Notes: generated from the sequence alone by a model not told the origin. A DNA stretch of 46,245 bases from Christensenellales bacterium (GCA_048421225.1 DBFNRV010000089.1:1-46245); one strand, 5' to 3'; shown: positions 1-8,799, counted from the first letter of the stretch. Made by a program: numbers and translations.

Positions 1-80
1 AAGAGCTGGTAGAAGAGGCCATAAGGGAATATGAGCAAAGCCTTGAGGAGGGAATCCCAAGCGGATATGACGGGCCGTGA
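1..80 (+). CDS. 3' end of an unidentified ORF entering from upstream (partial)
   Basis: Frame 3 is open from the window edge (ELVEEAIREYEQSLEEGIPSGYDGP) to TGA at 78-80. Too short to assign a family. Confidence 0.25.
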   Translation, partial: ELVEEAIREYEQSLEEGIPSGYDGP

Positions 81-267
81 CGCACTTTATATTTAAAACG
101 GTGGGAACGGAATACGCATGCTATGAATGCTGTGAAGATAACTGCGTTCATACCCAGGGGTAATAGAATTTATAAAATCAATGCCGGAGGCCGAATAGGC
201 CTCCGGAAGAAAGTATGAGGTATACCATGATATCTACGAACAATATGAGGTGAATTTTTATAATTTT

Positions 268-411
268 ACTGCTGTGACCCGCAAGCATATGTATATCAAG
301 GAACTCACACCTACTATCGTCAATGCGTTTATTAAAAAACCATCGTCCATACCATGGATAAGTCCAGTTGACACCGATGCCAGAAAATGTGGAACTTCAT
401 TGGGGAACTAG
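268..411 (+). pseudogene. Degenerate C-terminal remnant of a large serine recombinase (mobile-element integrase)
   Basis: Translation gives TAVTRKHMYIKELTPTIVNAFIKK. After a 1-nt slip at the A-run near 335-340 it continues TIVHTMDKSS then a stop. This resembles the conserved tail of clostridial large serine recombinases (ELTPxxxxxFIxKIxVHxxDKSSG). There is no start codon, and a frameshift and stops are present. Confidence 0.35.
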
Positions 412-446
412 AACATGACGGGGAAACGCAAACCGCTGAACGAGAG

Positions 447-487
447 AAAAAAGGCAGGACGGTTTAGCGGGAAGCTAAGCCGTCCTA
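447..487 (-). terminator. Rho-independent terminator of the M42 peptidase operon
   Basis: 13-bp stem (456-468 pairs with 474-486, one G-U) with a 5-nt loop. On the minus strand it is followed by GCC then TTTTTT (447-452). It lies 75 nt downstream of the stop at 562. Confidence 0.55.
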
Positions 488-561
488 CAAATACTGTCTT
501 ATTCCCTTGTGGGCGTATACCTTTTTCTGTGCCGTTTTATCAAAATTACTGGCAACGTGCT

Positions 562-1569
562 TTACGGCGTGGGAAGCTCCTTTTTCGCCATCATTGCGTT
601 AACAAACTTGACTGCATTTAGGCAATCGTCCATATCCGCTGTTTCTACAGGGGTGTGAACATAGCGCGTCGGTATTGAAACGCAGCACGCCGGTATACCT
701 CCTTTTGTCTTAAGCACGGCTCCAGCATCGGTTCCGCCAGCCCTCAGCACCTCGTTCTGGAATGGGATATCATTTTGATTGGCCACATCTTCCATAAATC
801 TGCGTACAAATACCGGAATGATCGCCGATGAATCCATAACCTTTATCGTGGGGCCAGCGCCCAGCTTTACAGACATGCGCGATGATTTTGGCGTATCGCC
901 CGTAAGCGTAACGTCAAGGTTGATTCCAAAGTCGGGAGAGATAGCATAGGCCGCCGTTGTAGCGCCTCTAAGTCCTACCTCCTCCTGCACGGTAAATACG
1001 GCGTATATGTCGTGCTCGCTTGTTGCGGTTCTAAAACTTTCAGCGACTATGGCGCAGCATACCCTATCGTCCAGGGCGCCGCACGCAAACCGTTTGCCCA
1101 TGTCGACAAAGTTGGTGGCGTAAACCGCTATGTCGCCAATCTGAACCTTGGCCGCCGCTTCGTCGTATGACTCTGCTCCGATATCAATGAATAAGGTGGA
1201 GAGGTTAGCCTTATCTATACCCGCCTTTTCGGTTTCAAAATATACCACGCCGCGAACACCGTTTTCAAATACAACTTCGCGCGCTGCGCTTACGATGGGG
1301 CTGACTCCACCAACATTGGAAACTCGGAGGAACCCTTTTTCATCTATGTCGCATACGATCAGGCCGATCTGATCCATGTGTGCGCTTAGCATTATCTTCT
1401 TGCCGGAAGTGCCGCGCCTGATTGCAATAAGGTTTCCCATCACGTCGTTATAAATCTCATCCGCATGGGGCGAAACATATGCCTTAATTACGTCGCTTAC
1501 CGTCTGTTCGCGGCCCGTTGCTCCATAAGCCGCCAGAATCTCTTTCAACATATCTTTAAACATGGTCAA
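562..1569 (-). CDS. M42 family metallo-aminopeptidase (FrvX/YsdC/TET-like), paralogue 3 of 3
   Basis: 335-aa ORF. M42 hallmarks appear in order: SAHMDQIG (His), ALDDRV (bridging Asp), VQEEVGLRGA (Glu-Glu), NLDVT (Asp), RYVHTP (His). Confidence 0.9.
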   Translation of the reverse strand: MTMFKDMLKEILAAYGATGREQTVSDVIKAYVSPHADEIYNDVMGNLIAIRRGTSGKKIMLSAHMDQIGLIVCDIDEKGFLRVSNVGGVSPIVSAAREVVFENGVRGVVYFETEKAGIDKANLSTLFIDIGAESYDEAAAKVQIGDIAVYATNFVDMGKRFACGALDDRVCCAIVAESFRTATSEHDIYAVFTVQEEVGLRGATTAAYAISPDFGINLDVTLTGDTPKSSRMSVKLGAGPTIKVMDSSAIIPVFVRRFMEDVANQNDIPFQNEVLRAGGTDAGAVLKTKGGIPACCVSIPTRYVHTPVETADMDDCLNAVKFVNAMMAKKELPTP

Positions 1570-1588
1570 TTCTCCTTTTACTGGCTAT

Positions 1589-2626
1589 TTATACGTTTTG
1601 AACGTTGTCCAGCACGCTGTTAAAGCGTTTTTCCGTCAAAAAACGGTCCGCTAGCATGTAGGCGCTGTTAAAATCGCTGATCGAGGCAACGCAAGCCGGC
1701 GAGTGTATATATCTGCAGGGTACGGAAATGCCGCCGGTAATTATTCCTCCGTTTGACAGATGGATCCGTCCCGCGTCGGTGCCGCCGCGCGTACCCTGGC
1801 GTATCTGCCAAGCTATGCCGTTACTCTGCGCGCAGTCCTTAAGTTCGTTTAGCATCTGGGGTCTCGTGATAGTTCCTCCATCCATAAACGATATAGCTGC
1901 GCCCTTTCCAACACGGGTAACCCATTGATGCCCGTGTGTCTCAGGCATGTCGTTGGCCGTCGTACCTTCAAGTATAAGCGCCAGCTCCGGCTTTACATTG
2001 TATGCCGCCGTCCTCGCGCCTCTTAACCCCAATTCCTCCTGCACGGTAAATACGCCGTAGAAGTCGCAGTCGTAGCTGTTTTTCAATAGCTCCATAACTA
2101 TGGCGCATCCAACTCTGTCGTCCAGCGCCTTTGCCTTTATAAGCCCTTCGCCGAATTCGCTGAATTCGGTAGCAAAAGAAATATAATCTCCCAGCTTGAC
2201 GTATTTTTGAGCGTCGGCCTTATCCTTGGCGCCAATATCAATGTACAGCTGTTTATGCTTATAAGCTTTTTCAAATTCCTCGCGGCTCTGGAGGTGTATC
2301 GCTTTTGAACCGATGACGCCAGGCACCTTGTCTTTGCCTATAACCACCCGTTTTGAGGGCACGACCCGCGGGTCGATTCCCGCGGCGGCGTAAGCTATAA
2401 GTCCGTCGTCGCGTATGCCGCGAACCATCATGCCAACCTCGTCCATATGCGCACACGCCATTATGCGCCTTTTAGCGCCTTTCTTATGCGCATAAAGGTT
2501 GCCCATTGCGTCCGTCCATACCTCGTCGGCATATTGAGATACGATATTCTTAATATATACGCGTACCTGACCCTCATCGCCGCTCACGCCGTTTATCTCA
2601 GTAAGTTCCTTTAATCGTCCAAGCAT
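1589..2626 (-). CDS. M42 family metallo-aminopeptidase, paralogue 2 of 3
   Basis: 345 aa with CAHMDEVG, ALDDRVG, VQEELGLRGA, LILEGT (Glu where the two paralogues have Asp) and RYIHSP. A 19-nt gap separates it from the downstream paralogue. Confidence 0.9.
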   Translation of the reverse strand: MLGRLKELTEINGVSGDEGQVRVYIKNIVSQYADEVWTDAMGNLYAHKKGAKRRIMACAHMDEVGMMVRGIRDDGLIAYAAAGIDPRVVPSKRVVIGKDKVPGVIGSKAIHLQSREEFEKAYKHKQLYIDIGAKDKADAQKYVKLGDYISFATEFSEFGEGLIKAKALDDRVGCAIVMELLKNSYDCDFYGVFTVQEELGLRGARTAAYNVKPELALILEGTTANDMPETHGHQWVTRVGKGAAISFMDGGTITRPQMLNELKDCAQSNGIAWQIRQGTRGGTDAGRIHLSNGGIITGGISVPCRYIHSPACVASISDFNSAYMLADRFLTEKRFNSVLDNVQNV

Positions 2627-3654
2627 AGTTTTTCCTCCCAGTCGGATGTGATTCGGGCTATAAACTCGGAAACCACCTTTGCAGTCTTTTCAAGCGTGTC
2701 CAGGCTTAAAGCCTCGACCGTTGTATGCATATATTTTACAGGCGGCGATACAAGGCCTGTAGGAACGCCGCGCCGCGACATCTGCACGAAGTCGGCGTCC
2801 GTGCCCGAGAAGCCCATGGCAATTTCGGTTTCTGCCGCGATATTAAGCTCGTTTGCGGCATCCAACAGCATATCCGCTATCTTTGGGTGTATATTGCCTC
2901 CGCGGCATACGGCTATCTTATCGATTGCGCATGCGTCGAGCGGGTCGGCGCCGGGCTGGTCGGCATGGGTCACGTCAAGGATTATAGCCATATCAGGCTC
3001 CACGCTGTACGCGCCTACGCCGGCGCCTGGCCCGCCGCACTCCTCCTGTGTCGAGGCGCACAGCACCACCGAGCACGCCAGCTTACGGCTTGCCAGTATT
3101 TCGGCGCATCTGAACATGCAAGCAACCAGCGCCCTGTCGTCAAGCGTTTTGCCGGCTATCAAATTGTTCTTAAGCTTTAACGGCGCTTCAAGAGCGAAGG
3201 TGACTATATCGCCGACCCTTACCAGCTCTTTTACGCGTTTGGGGTCAAGCCCGACGTCGCAGCAAAGATCATCCATCTTGTATGCCGCGTCGGTTCCGCC
3301 CGTTATAAGGTGGGGAGGGACAGCGCCAACTATGCCCTTTAACGTTTCAACTCCGTGAACTACTACCTCGGATCCGGGCAGGACCCTTGGATCCACTCCG
3401 GCCACGGAACGTATGCGGAGCATACCGTTATCCTCAATATCCGTTACCATCATTCCGATCTCGTCCATATGCGCAATGATCATAACAACCGGCCTACCGG
3501 TTCCTATACGAGCAAATGTGTTGCCAGAAACATCATGCCACACATCGTTTGTGAAGCGCCTGAAGTATTCCTCAACCACTCCGGAAACGGTCGTTTCATG
3601 GCCGGTCACGCCATTGACGGTGACCAGATCGGATATTGCTTTGTACATATCCAT
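2611..3654 (-). CDS. M42 family metallo-aminopeptidase, paralogue 1 of 3
   Basis: 347 aa with IAHMDEIG, TLDDRA, TQEECGGPGA, ILDVT and KYMHTT. Its 3' end overlaps the start of the next paralogue by 16 nt, which suggests translational coupling. Confidence 0.9.
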   Translation of the reverse strand: MDMYKAISDLVTVNGVTGHETTVSGVVEEYFRRFTNDVWHDVSGNTFARIGTGRPVVMIIAHMDEIGMMVTDIEDNGMLRIRSVAGVDPRVLPGSEVVVHGVETLKGIVGAVPPHLITGGTDAAYKMDDLCCDVGLDPKRVKELVRVGDIVTFALEAPLKLKNNLIAGKTLDDRALVACMFRCAEILASRKLACSVVLCASTQEECGGPGAGVGAYSVEPDMAIILDVTHADQPGADPLDACAIDKIAVCRGGNIHPKIADMLLDAANELNIAAETEIAMGFSGTDADFVQMSRRGVPTGLVSPPVKYMHTTVEALSLDTLEKTAKVVSEFIARITSDWEEKLCLDD

Positions 3655-3880
3655 CCATCAATTCTCCTTTTTAGCAAGGTTGAGGATATTATACCATGGA
3701 TCATATAAAAAGGCTATAAATGGGTAGCGCCGTAGGCGCGGATTTATAGAATGTATGTTTTAACAATCTGTAAACAATGACTAACCCGCTTGTTTATGTA
3801 TACAAAAAGCTATTATACTAAATACAGGAACGTTTATCGCGCTAATAAGACAAAAAATGACATTCGGGGGAGTTAATTAG

Positions 3881-5248
3881 ATGAAACAAAGGTTAACAGG
3901 CGTCATCGCGGCCATTTTACTGCTGGCAGCAACCGGTTGTACTGAAAAGACGGAAATGGACGTCCCTTCAGGGACGGATGCAACGCAAAGGCCGTATGAC
4001 ATATTAATGCCTACATATGCGCCGGTCATATCTCCCTCGGACAATGATAGCACCCCTGACGCTGGAAAGTACAATCCGATGCAGCCTACCCCCACGCCTG
4101 TTGAACTATTGGATAAAGACTCAAATACCATTGAGTTTAAGTGGGAACGTATGCCGCGCGAAAGCACGGCGATCGTACTTGGCCAGTCATTCAGCGTTGA
4201 AGGGAAGATAATAAGCGATCAACCCATAACAAAGGTCAATCTAATCGTATGGAACGTAGGTGAAAACAGCAAAGAAATCGATGTTACTGCCCGCCAGGGC
4301 GATATGGGCTCCCTGGAATACTCCCTAAATGGTTATGAAGGCAGCCTGAACAGCATGGCTTCTTTTTCAAGGCTTCGGCCTGGGGAAAAAAGGATTGAAC
4401 TGATCTGCTCAAACGGTGCTGAAACCGACGTGGTGCTGTGGCGGGCCAACTTTACCGTAAGCGAATGGGCTACGCTGACCAGGGATAAGATTCATACGAC
4501 GGGATACGACGCTCTTCATGAGCTAATTGGTGATGATTCATTCCTGTTTAGGTATAAGCTGAGGGAAAGGGCGTCACGCCGAATATATATTGACGACGAA
4601 TGGTATAACAGGTATATCAAGTCGATTGAGTTTGGCGGCCATAATTTTAAAGTTCATACGGCGGCTTATGATAAATTCAAGGAAGCGTTTGACTATATTA
4701 ACGATTCTTGGGTATATATGAGCTATTCCGATGGCTCTTCCACAGGAGTTTTCAGGTTATCGGATATAGTTAAGCCCAACCCTGCTGACGGCGCGTATGT
4801 TGCGAGATTCCAGGATGCCTCCATGTCCAAAATCAGTCACCACAGCTTTGGCACATGTATAGACTTAAATTCTAATATACCTGTCAACCAAATCCGCGTT
4901 GATGCTGATGGAGTGGATACGAGCTGGGCTCAGATTAAAAATGCCATATCTATGCTGACATATGAAGGATTAAAAACCATTGAGGGCATTGATAACGTAT
5001 ATTGTTTCAGCTATTCGGGAGAAAGGCAGGGGCAAGGACTTGTACCGGACGCATTGATTAATTACATAATGCACGAGCTGGCGTTTGCGCGGGCGGGGTT
5101 TTACTGGGGCGGCTATTTTGGCAGCGGTTCGGATGCTATGCATTTTACGCTTACTGAGATAAATGATTCGCACGTAACCTATCCGGAATGGTCCGACGCC
5201 ACGCCGGATCATGAAAGGGTTCGGAAGGTATTTGAATATGCCGGGTAA
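3881..5248 (+). CDS. Lipoprotein with C-terminal LAS/M15-type zinc peptidase domain (VanY or L-Ala-D-Glu peptidase-like)
   Basis: Signal peptide with lipobox (LLLAATGC) and GGGGGAG upstream of the ATG. The C-terminal SHHSFGTCIDLN and GSGSDAMHFTL resemble the H-x-x-x-x-x-x-D ... H zinc triad of M15 peptidoglycan peptidases. The roughly 300-aa N-terminal part is unassigned. Confidence 0.6.
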   Translation: MKQRLTGVIAAILLLAATGCTEKTEMDVPSGTDATQRPYDILMPTYAPVISPSDNDSTPDAGKYNPMQPTPTPVELLDKDSNTIEFKWERMPRESTAIVLGQSFSVEGKIISDQPITKVNLIVWNVGENSKEIDVTARQGDMGSLEYSLNGYEGSLNSMASFSRLRPGEKRIELICSNGAETDVVLWRANFTVSEWATLTRDKIHTTGYDALHELIGDDSFLFRYKLRERASRRIYIDDEWYNRYIKSIEFGGHNFKVHTAAYDKFKEAFDYINDSWVYMSYSDGSSTGVFRLSDIVKPNPADGAYVARFQDASMSKISHHSFGTCIDLNSNIPVNQIRVDADGVDTSWAQIKNAISMLTYEGLKTIEGIDNVYCFSYSGERQGQGLVPDALINYIMHELAFARAGFYWGGYFGSGSDAMHFTLTEINDSHVTYPEWSDATPDHERVRKVFEYAG

Positions 5249-5287
5249 TTAATAAGCCACAGCATTATTATATAGCCGGATTATTGA

Positions 5288-5328
5288 GGCGGGCACTGCG
5301 CATAAAAACTTTTAGCAGCGTCCGCCTA
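5288..5328 (+). terminator. Imperfect long hairpin downstream of the M15 lipoprotein gene (possible terminator)
   Basis: 13-bp stem (5288-5300 with 5316-5328; one mismatch, one G-U). The T8 run (5340-5347) starts 11 nt after the stem, so the geometry is non-canonical. Confidence 0.3.
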
Positions 5329-5444
5329 TTGAGGACAAATTTTTTTTGGACCGCGATTCAGATTGCTATCATATGAGCAACCTATTATTTGAAGAATTCC
5401 GTTTAAAACCGGAGCTTTTCCAGCAATCAAAAGGAGTTCATATT

Positions 5445-6338
5445 ATGCGTGGATTTTACGGAGGCGGCGGCAGGAAGGCGTATTTTGAGGGGTGGTACAT
5501 AAAACAGCAAGCCGAAGAAGAAACAATAGCGTTTATCCCGTCGTTTCATGTGGATGAAAAGGGGCGGCGTTTTGCGCATTTGCAGGTGATAACGGCGTCC
5601 GGTTCCGCGGGAATTGAATATCCAATCGGGGAATTTTCGGCAAATCATAGCGCTTTGGATGTAACGTTGGGCAAAAACAGGTTTACGGAAAAGGGAATAG
5701 AGGTATCCTTTACAGCGGAAGGAATGAATATAGAAGGCTTTCTCAAGTTTGGAGAGTGGCATAGGCCAAACACCGATATTATGGGTCCATTTAGGTTTGT
5801 GCCGTTTATGCAATGCAGGCATGGGGTCTTCAGTCTCTTTCATGATGTCAGAGGGATGCTTGAGATCAATGGGAAACCGGTAGCCTTTGAAAACGGACAT
5901 GGATATATAGAGGCGGACAGGGGGACATCGTTTCCCAGCGGCTACATTTGGACTCAATGCGGCTGGAGGGACGGGGGAGACCCGCGCTGCGTAATGCTGT
6001 CGATCGCTGAAATACCGTTTTTGGCGGGTAGGTTTACGGGATGTATAGGCAGCGTTTACTGTGAAGGAAGGGAATATAGGCTTGCTACTTACCGGCACGT
6101 TAAGATAGAACGGGCAGGAGCGTTGGGCTGCGAGGTGAGCCAGGACGCGCTGCGTCTTACAATAGACGTCCTAGATAAAAAACCACACGCGCTGCTTGCT
6201 CCAAGCTCCGGAAGGATGTCGAGGACTATTCATGAAAGCGTTTCATGCAGGGTGAGATACAGGTTTAGAATAGGGGAAGTCGAAAAATTCGACTTTATTA
6301 GCGACAGTGCCAGCTTTGAGCACGTTGAAGGATCATAA
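5445..6338 (+). CDS. Tocopherol-cyclase-family-like protein (function unknown in this host)
   Basis: AAGGAG lies 8 nt upstream of ATG 5445. The ORF-track start at 5346 is a TTG extension with no RBS. The N-terminal KAYFEGWYIKQ matches, from memory, the FEGWY hallmark near the N-terminus of tocopherol cyclase (VTE1) family proteins. Confidence 0.5.
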   Translation: MRGFYGGGGRKAYFEGWYIKQQAEEETIAFIPSFHVDEKGRRFAHLQVITASGSAGIEYPIGEFSANHSALDVTLGKNRFTEKGIEVSFTAEGMNIEGFLKFGEWHRPNTDIMGPFRFVPFMQCRHGVFSLFHDVRGMLEINGKPVAFENGHGYIEADRGTSFPSGYIWTQCGWRDGGDPRCVMLSIAEIPFLAGRFTGCIGSVYCEGREYRLATYRHVKIERAGALGCEVSQDALRLTIDVLDKKPHALLAPSSGRMSRTIHESVSCRVRYRFRIGEVEKFDFISDSASFEHVEGS

Positions 6339-6438
6339 CATATAGAAGATGACCTTCCATGTCTTGACACAGATTTCAATAAGTGATAATTTAGAAAAGG
6401 AATTTTTAAACTGTATTGTTCAGCGCCTCCAGTGGATT

Positions 6439-6532
6439 ACAAACTGACGGGCCTGTGCTGGATACTGCGCAGGCATGTGCCGGATTTTTGGCAGCGACAT
6501 GCAGGTTTATTCGTTTGCGGGACACGGTTTGT
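6439..6532 (+). promoter_or_regulatory. Candidate metal-sensing riboswitch (czcD/NiCo-like four-way junction) in the 5' leader of the CDF transporter
   Basis: P1 is 6439-6444 with 6527-6532. P2 is 6451-6458 with 6467-6474 (8 bp, one G-U). P3 is 6475-6481 with 6490-6500 (7 bp with a 4-nt bulge). P4 is 6501-6505 with 6514-6518 (weak, two G-U). The junction strands are purine-rich (UGACGG, GGGACACG). It sits 66 nt upstream of a CDF gene, the usual context of the czcD motif. I could not verify the conserved core from memory. Confidence 0.35.
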
Positions 6533-6598
6533 TTCGCGGCGTTTTATTTATAGCCTATTGGCATTAAAACGGCCCAAATGGGGGATAAGAACTAAAAT

Positions 6599-7492
6599 AT
6601 GAATGAAAAAAAGTTAAAAACAAATGAACAGATTGCATTGAGTACGTCAATACACAACATTGGAGCAAACGTCTTTTTATCGTTGGCAAAGCTGTTCACT
6701 GGGATTTTTGCAAAGTCAAGCGCGCTTATATCGGATGCTGTGCACTCCATAGCGGATGTCTTGGATACGGTTATAGTAATAATCGGGATAAAGCTGTCAA
6801 GCAAAGCCCCCGATGAAAAGCATCAGTACGGGCATGAGCGGCTTGAATGCGTTGCCGCAATCATACTATCGGTTATACTGTTCGCCACAGGCTTTGGCAT
6901 TGGCTACGAGGGGGTAGCCAGCATAATTATGGGCGAGTATCTGGACAACCCTGCCCCGGGTGTGCTGGCTCTAGTAGTAGCTATAATGTCCATCGCCATA
7001 AAGGAATTTATGTATTGGCATATGCGAAGCGCGGCAAAGAGGATAAACTCAGGCGCAATGATGGCAGATGCTTGGCATCAGCGGGCCGACGCTCTTTCCT
7101 CAGTCGGCAGTCTTATAGGGGTTCTGGGCGCAAGGCTGGGAGCGCCGATACTGGATCCCATTATAAGCGTGCTTATCTGCGCTTTTATAATTAAGGCGGC
7201 GCTGCATATATTCATGGATGCCGTTAAAAAGATAACGGACGAGGCCTGCGACAAGGAAACTGCAGATAAGATAAGTGCCTTAATTCAAGTGCAGAGGGGC
7301 GTTTTAGGCATAGAAAGTTTGAAAACGCGCGTATTTGGCGACAAGATTTACGTTGACGTTGAAATTCTGGCGGACGGACGGATTGCGCTTTCGGACGCTC
7401 ATATTATTGCCGAAGCCATTCACAGCTCTATTGAAAAGGAATTCCCGTCGGTTAAACATTGTTCGGTCCAGGTAAATCCGTCTAAAACATAG
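6599..7492 (+). CDS. Cation diffusion facilitator (CDF) family divalent-metal efflux transporter
   Basis: 297 aa with about six hydrophobic helices. Metal-site motifs HSIADVLD (TM2) and DAWHQRADAL (TM5) are present, with HQYGHERLE between them, plus a C-terminal cytoplasmic domain. Confidence 0.9.
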   Translation: MNEKKLKTNEQIALSTSIHNIGANVFLSLAKLFTGIFAKSSALISDAVHSIADVLDTVIVIIGIKLSSKAPDEKHQYGHERLECVAAIILSVILFATGFGIGYEGVASIIMGEYLDNPAPGVLALVVAIMSIAIKEFMYWHMRSAAKRINSGAMMADAWHQRADALSSVGSLIGVLGARLGAPILDPIISVLICAFIIKAALHIFMDAVKKITDEACDKETADKISALIQVQRGVLGIESLKTRVFGDKIYVDVEILADGRIALSDAHIIAEAIHSSIEKEFPSVKHCSVQVNPSKT

Positions 7493-7586
7493 AGAAAAAA
7501 CAACCCCAACGGACTGGGAACGGCAAATCAAAAACATAAGGGCAAATGATCTAATAAACAATGCGGCTATTTCCGAATGGTTTAAA

Positions 7587-7605
7587 AAGGCGCCTGGGGC
7601 GCCTT
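7587..7605 (-). terminator. Rho-independent terminator of the SDR gene
   Basis: GC-rich 8-bp stem AAGGCGCC/GGCGCCTT. On the minus strand it is followed by TTTAAACC, so with the terminal stem T residues the run reads TTTTT. It lies 110 nt downstream of the stop at 7716. Confidence 0.55.
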
Positions 7606-7715
7606 CTCTCGGATTCAATGCATTTTAGTATAAGGCGTTTTAGGCAAAACATATGATACGGCACAGCCGTCTAAGCACGGCCCCCAATATGCCAGCATAA
7701 TGATTGAATTGAACG

Positions 7716-8624
7716 TTAAGAATACCCAAACGACCCCCCGTCGACATGCATTACCTGGCTGGTCATAAATGCCGAATCATCGGAGGCGAGATACACATAA
7801 GCCGGAGCTATTTCAAACGGCTGTCCGGCCCGTTTCATCGGCGTTTCCGATGTATATGTCCCAAACGTCGCAAGGTCCTCGGCTGGGAAGGAGGCAGGCT
7901 GCAGTGGAGTCCAAACAGGACCGGGCGCTACTGCGTTTACCCTTATGCCCTGCTTTATCACAGATCGTGCGAGGGATCTGGTCAGCGATACGATTGCGCC
8001 CTTTGATGCGCTGTAGTCGATAAGCCGGTCATTCCCCTGATAAGCGGTTATCGACGTAGTATTAATAATCGATGCTCCGCGCTTCATGTATGGCAGGGAT
8101 GCTTTTATCAAAAAGAAAAATCCATAAACATTAGTTCTGAAAGTGTTGTCCAGCTGTTGCTCCGTTATATCCAGAATGCTGTTTTGTACAAATTGTACTC
8201 CATGGTTGTTTACCAGTATGTTAATGTCTTCAAACTGGTTTATGGTCTGGTCAACTGCGCGTTGGGCTTCTTTTTCCTCTCTCAAATCACAGGCAAGTAG
8301 TACGCATCGCGCCCCTAGCTCTTCAATTCGGTCCCTTGTTTCCTCCGCGTCTTTATGTTCGTCCAGATAAGCGATGGTAACGTTGGCCCCTTCCTTTGCA
8401 AATGCATATGCGATTGCCCTGCCGATTCCGCTGTCGCCGCCGGATATAAGCGCTGTCCTTCCGCTTAGTTTACCGCTTCCTTTATACCCCGGATTTTCTG
8501 AGATAGGCCTGGGATCCATAAGGTATTCAAAACCGGGTTGCCTGTCCTGATGCTGGGGAGGAAATGTAAGCCCTACATCGCGGCATTTGCGCTGATGCCC
8601 AAGGTATGGGTAAATAGGGTACAT
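7716..8624 (-). CDS. SDR family oxidoreductase (YghA/YhdF/general-stress-protein-39-like)
   Basis: 302 aa. N-terminal PPQHQDRQPGFEYLMDPRP is followed by GKLSGRTALISGGDSGIGRA (TGxxxGIG) and the active-site Y-x-x-x-K in YSASKGA. Confidence 0.85.
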   Translation of the reverse strand: MYPIYPYLGHQRKCRDVGLTFPPQHQDRQPGFEYLMDPRPISENPGYKGSGKLSGRTALISGGDSGIGRAIAYAFAKEGANVTIAYLDEHKDAEETRDRIEELGARCVLLACDLREEKEAQRAVDQTINQFEDINILVNNHGVQFVQNSILDITEQQLDNTFRTNVYGFFFLIKASLPYMKRGASIINTTSITAYQGNDRLIDYSASKGAIVSLTRSLARSVIKQGIRVNAVAPGPVWTPLQPASFPAEDLATFGTYTSETPMKRAGQPFEIAPAYVYLASDDSAFMTSQVMHVDGGSFGYS

Positions 8625-8799
8625 GGTTTAGCTCCTTTCAAGTGTTTATATGATAATTATTACGCCATATCACTGCTATCGATTCCTTAAGTAGGAACAA
8701 TTTAACATATTGCATTAAGTTAGAATACGATAATCTGCAGGCCTGTTCCTGCTTTTGGAGCGTGGCCGCAAATAATCCAGAGGCTCGGGTGATGATTTT

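Noticed and set aside
415-621. 68-aa plus-strand ORF overlapping the M42 operon terminator and the 3' end of the last M42 gene
   Set aside because: It is highly basic and has no RBS. It spans a terminator hairpin and the antisense of a supported gene.
2648-3358. 236-aa and 151-aa plus-strand ORFs antisense to the first M42 gene
   Set aside because: They lie wholly within a gene with clear M42 motifs on the other strand. Their composition is low-complexity and Ser/Ala/Pro-rich, typical of antisense frames in GC-balanced genes.
5346-5444. N-terminal extension of the tocopherol-cyclase-like ORF given in the ORF track
   Set aside because: It starts at a TTG inside a T-run with no Shine-Dalgarno. 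ATG 5445 has AAGGAG at ideal spacing, and the family-conserved sequence begins there.
5427-6098. 223-aa minus-strand ORF antisense to the tocopherol-cyclase-like gene
   Set aside because: It has no RBS, its composition is basic and low-complexity, and it overlaps a plus-strand gene with a good RBS and a family motif.
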